64,000 nucleotides of DNA from Promethearchaeota archaeon (GTDB lineage: Archaea > Asgardarchaeota > Lokiarchaeia > Sigyniarchaeales > SOKP01): assembly GCA_048941285.1 (NCBI GenBank), contig JBHLNS010000004.1, forward strand, positions 82,431 through 146,430, read 5' to 3'. The notes below the pieces were generated by a model. It had not been told where the DNA came from. It saw nothing but the letters and a program-made list of their open reading frames with translations, and made no database searches. Position numbers and translations under genes: made by a program. The stretch's first letter is position 1; each line of letters opens with the position of its first letter. This document shows positions 60,839 to 64,000 of the stretch, in pieces.

Positions 60839-61055
60839 CCAATATCAAGATTAATTTTTCATAACTTCTTAAAATATTTTGCCATTTTGAATTAACCTTT
60901 TGGATTCTCTCCTAAAGAAATATATTGGATTTTTAACCTAAGTGAATCTGTTTTAAAAAATAAAACAACATATAAAGAAATTTATCAAAAATTTTATCTT
61001 TCATCGTTCTAGTTCTCTTCATCGATCATCTTTTATATAGTGAAGAATTATTATA

Positions 61056-62252
61056 TTATTGGTTTCCATTTTTCTCTTGTTTTTTTAATTCACCTAAATA
61101 ATCTTCAATGATGAATATATCTTCACCCAACTCATCAGCAATTTCATTAATACTTCTTTTCTTTTCATAATATTGTGTTCTCACCCAACTCAATTTTTCA
61201 TTATGAGAATTTCCAATTAAAATACTAATTTTTACTAAAGCTAATCTTTTAGTTTTCTGCTTCAGGTTTGACAAGATTATATCTTCCAATCCCTTTTGAT
61301 ACTTTTCCTTCGTGGACTTTTTCTTTTTGGCAGATTTGTTTTTTCCTAAGATCTTTTTTCTAGTATCTTCAATAAATTCTTCTTGAGTCCTAATTTCTTC
61401 CAAGAATTCTCTTCTAATTATATTTTCTGCGCCACATTCATTACAAGTTTTTACTTCCAATGTAATACTTTTCCCACACATCTCACAATTATAAATCTGA
61501 TTTTTCAGATTAAGAAAATCTAATTCATTTTTCTTACGAACAGCTTTAACGATTCCCATATAATCATATATAATTGCAGTAATTATTAAGGGGAGGATAA
61601 TATATAATATTATTATAATTGCTATTCTAATATTACTTTCGGCACTTAAGAGATCTATTAACCACCAGAGCATAAAAAAAGTTCCTACTAATATTAAACT
61701 GTTACCATATTGAATAAATTTCTTTGAGGGCTTCATATAAATTATTCTTAATTGCTTCCTACTATAATATAATGCTAATCTAATCATATAAACAATTAAA
61801 CCTGCGAAGAATAAATATTCACATAAAGTTGTTGCTGATACCCCCAATTCACTAGTAAATCCAAGGAAAGGATTAAAATTAAGAGGATAAAGAGGTTTAA
61901 TATCAGTATAAATTACAGAGTCAAATAAAATATGAATATATATTCCGGTAAGAGATGCTAATAAGATTTTTATAAAAGATCGATCTTGTTCAAGCTTAAG
62001 AAATGACATAACGGGATTAAATATTTTTCTTAATAAGATCATTATACCCGTAAGAACAACGCCAATTATTGTACCTCCAATGAGGCTATGGAAAAAACCA
62101 TGGAGAGGGAGTTCTAAATGATAATATAATACCAATATGGGCTCAATATCGACGATAACACTAGCGATAAGAAAAGTAGGTAAATCAAGAAAACTAAGAA
62201 AAACTAATCCAAAAAATAAACCTGGGCCTAAATGATATGGTGTTAAAGGCAC
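61056..62252 (-). CDS. Membrane metal-dependent-hydrolase-like domain fused to a Zn ribbon and a C-terminal HTH
   Basis: MP.TP.H, D.E, HGFFHS and H...D in TM segments; CEMC/CNEC; YYEKKRSINEIADELG. Confidence 0.75.
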   Translation of the reverse strand: MPLTPYHLGPGLFFGLVFLSFLDLPTFLIASVIVDIEPILVLYYHLELPLHGFFHSLIGGTIIGVVLTGIMILLRKIFNPVMSFLKLEQDRSFIKILLASLTGIYIHILFDSVIYTDIKPLYPLNFNPFLGFTSELGVSATTLCEYLFFAGLIVYMIRLALYYSRKQLRIIYMKPSKKFIQYGNSLILVGTFFMLWWLIDLLSAESNIRIAIIIILYIILPLIITAIIYDYMGIVKAVRKKNELDFLNLKNQIYNCEMCGKSITLEVKTCNECGAENIIRREFLEEIRTQEEFIEDTRKKILGKNKSAKKKKSTKEKYQKGLEDIILSNLKQKTKRLALVKISILIGNSHNEKLSWVRTQYYEKKRSINEIADELGEDIFIIEDYLGELKKQEKNGNQ

Positions 62253-62391
62253 TATAATAAGGATTTAGATTTAAATTTATTGTCTTATAAATTGTATGCT
62301 ATCTATTTTAATTTTATTCTGTTTTAAAACAACTAATCAAAAATGGAAATATTTTCATTTATACATTTTGGATATAAATTATCTGGATGCA

Positions 62392-62964
62392 TTAAATTTT
62401 CGCAATGTCTTTTAAAACTTTCCCATTTTGGACAATTCCATAATCACAAAATGTAGTAGTTAACATCCGTTCGAATAATTTGTCCAATTCTCCCAATATT
62501 TTAGCAAAGTAGAAATTTATTACCCCTCCATGCGAAGAAATTAAGATCTTCTTATTAGAGTATTTAAAATCAATTTCATCGATTCTTTTTGAAAATCTTT
62601 CTAAAGCATGATTACAAGTTTCCCAATCATTAAACGATTGAGTCCTATTTTCAACACAGAGTTTCATAATCTTGACATACTCTTCTTTATTCTCGATAAA
62701 ACTTCCATCATCTCTCAATATCTCATTTAAGTTCTCATCTCGGATTATTTCTTTATTAAGCTTTACTGATAAAGGGTAGACGGTTTGATATGCTTTATCT
62801 TCATTTGAAGACATTATAATATCAACATCATTAAATAAATTCAATTTTGAAATGGCGAGGGCATCGATTTTACCTTTATTTGTAAGTTTCCAATGTGATA
62901 TTTTGATATTCCTATCAACTTTAGTTTCAGCATGTCTTAAGAATATGAAAATGTTATTTGGCAT
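62392..62964 (-). CDS. Histidine phosphatase family protein
   Basis: RHAET, LT..G, L.E and SHGG motifs. Confidence 0.9.
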   Translation of the reverse strand: MPNNIFIFLRHAETKVDRNIKISHWKLTNKGKIDALAISKLNLFNDVDIIMSSNEDKAYQTVYPLSVKLNKEIIRDENLNEILRDDGSFIENKEEYVKIMKLCVENRTQSFNDWETCNHALERFSKRIDEIDFKYSNKKILISSHGGVINFYFAKILGELDKLFERMLTTTFCDYGIVQNGKVLKDIAKI

Positions 62965-63033
62965 TGAGATAATAATTTACCTTGTTTTTAATATCTTAAT
63001 TACTAATATTGAGAATTATGCAATTGGTATTCT

Positions 63034-63849
63034 TTATTGTGCTATAATTAAAATTAATAAATATATAAGCATAAGATTTCCCAGGATAATTCCTACATCT
63101 TTTAATGATGTTCTGCCAAGCAAATTAGTCCGGGGTTTCCTATAAATATAAATGATTCCTAAGGGGAAAAAAACAATTGGCAAGAATATTAGATATTTGG
63201 TAATTATAAATGAAATTACTGTAATAGCCAAGGATATAATGCAAGCAATTAAAATTACCAATTGAGATGTTTTAGGCTTAAGCTTAGCTAATGAATCTCC
63301 ATCAATCATTTCATGAACCATCTGTCCTGTAAAAGCTACTGCAGTTATAGCTGTTAATATTAAGGATTCATTTAAGTTCATATATGGAAATATATTCATA
63401 AAAATATCTCCCGCATTAATCTTAATCATAAAATATGGTAAAATTATATGAGAAGTCCCTAATATGATATGATTAACAATTACAAGGGATTTAAACAAAC
63501 AATAGAAAATTACCATAAATACTATAATAATTAGATAAATCCCTACGATTGGACTAATTAAGATGGGATTCATAAAACACATTGTCCCAAGTAAAAAACT
63601 TGCAATAGCAAGAACCAATATCTCCTTTCTACTATATCCTTTTACTCTTTCTAGAGTTTCTTTTTCATTTGGATCTTTCATGTCTATTGCATCATTAAGA
63701 GTGTTTCCCGTTATAGCATAAAATCCAAAACCGGCTAAGATCCATATGTTAGTAATGATATCATAACCATTCAGATAAATACACAACAAACAAGGTATTA
63801 AAACAGAAAAAACGTATTCTACTCGAAGAAGCTTAAACCCCTTACTCAT
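63034..63849 (-). CDS. UbiA-family prenyltransferase-like membrane protein
   Basis: NTLNDAIDMKD Asp-rich motif, a second motif HEMIDGD, and about 8 TM segments. Confidence 0.75.
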   Translation of the reverse strand: MSKGFKLLRVEYVFSVLIPCLLCIYLNGYDIITNIWILAGFGFYAITGNTLNDAIDMKDPNEKETLERVKGYSRKEILVLAIASFLLGTMCFMNPILISPIVGIYLIIIVFMVIFYCLFKSLVIVNHIILGTSHIILPYFMIKINAGDIFMNIFPYMNLNESLILTAITAVAFTGQMVHEMIDGDSLAKLKPKTSQLVILIACIISLAITVISFIITKYLIFLPIVFFPLGIIYIYRKPRTNLLGRTSLKDVGIILGNLMLIYLLILIIAQ

Positions 63850-64000
63850 TAAAATAGAACACTTATTAATTTTTTATTCAAAGTTAATTTTTTATTATTT
63901 TTGAAATGATTTAAAGCTTTATTGTATGTTTTAACTATCGTGTACTTTGAATAAATTGAACGTCTTTTTTTTGTTCTTTTTCCCACTTTTTACGTTCTGA

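Noticed and set aside
14-63145. Many short ORFs in the track overlapping longer genes (e.g. 14..451, 2809..3276, 3496..3978, 23117..23410, 44234..44563)
   Set aside because: They are antisense or alternate-frame shadows of well-supported genes, with no motifs of their own.
1-64000. CRISPR arrays, IS elements, integrases, rRNA
   Set aside because: I saw no regularly spaced repeats, transposase/integrase motifs or extended GC-rich RNA-like tracts beyond the two tRNAs.

Overview
This is a very AT-rich, gene-dense archaeal chromosomal segment. It is almost certainly Asgard/Lokiarchaeia, judged by the ESCRT-II/III/Vps4 cluster, a Rab-like GTPase, longin/roadblock-like proteins and archaeal uS15/eS1. 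From left to right it carries: Nop2/Nip7; the ESCRT cluster and GTPase; tRNA-Gly(GCC) and tRNA-Val(GAC); pgk; a nickel island (larB, larC, His-rich nikR); a short alpha3-truncated histone; housekeeping genes; a 16-kb five-gene operon; RNase III; a TFS-like half protein; and a lipid/acyl-CoA catabolism block. The operon encodes a MacB/FtsX-type ABC ATPase, two paralogous permeases, a 1318-aa surface protein and a 1608-aa membrane-anchored subtilase with a cytoplasmic zinc-finger tail, and is the best candidate for an undescribed system. No CRISPR array, rRNA or mobile element was seen. All family calls come from motifs recognised by eye; no database searches were run.
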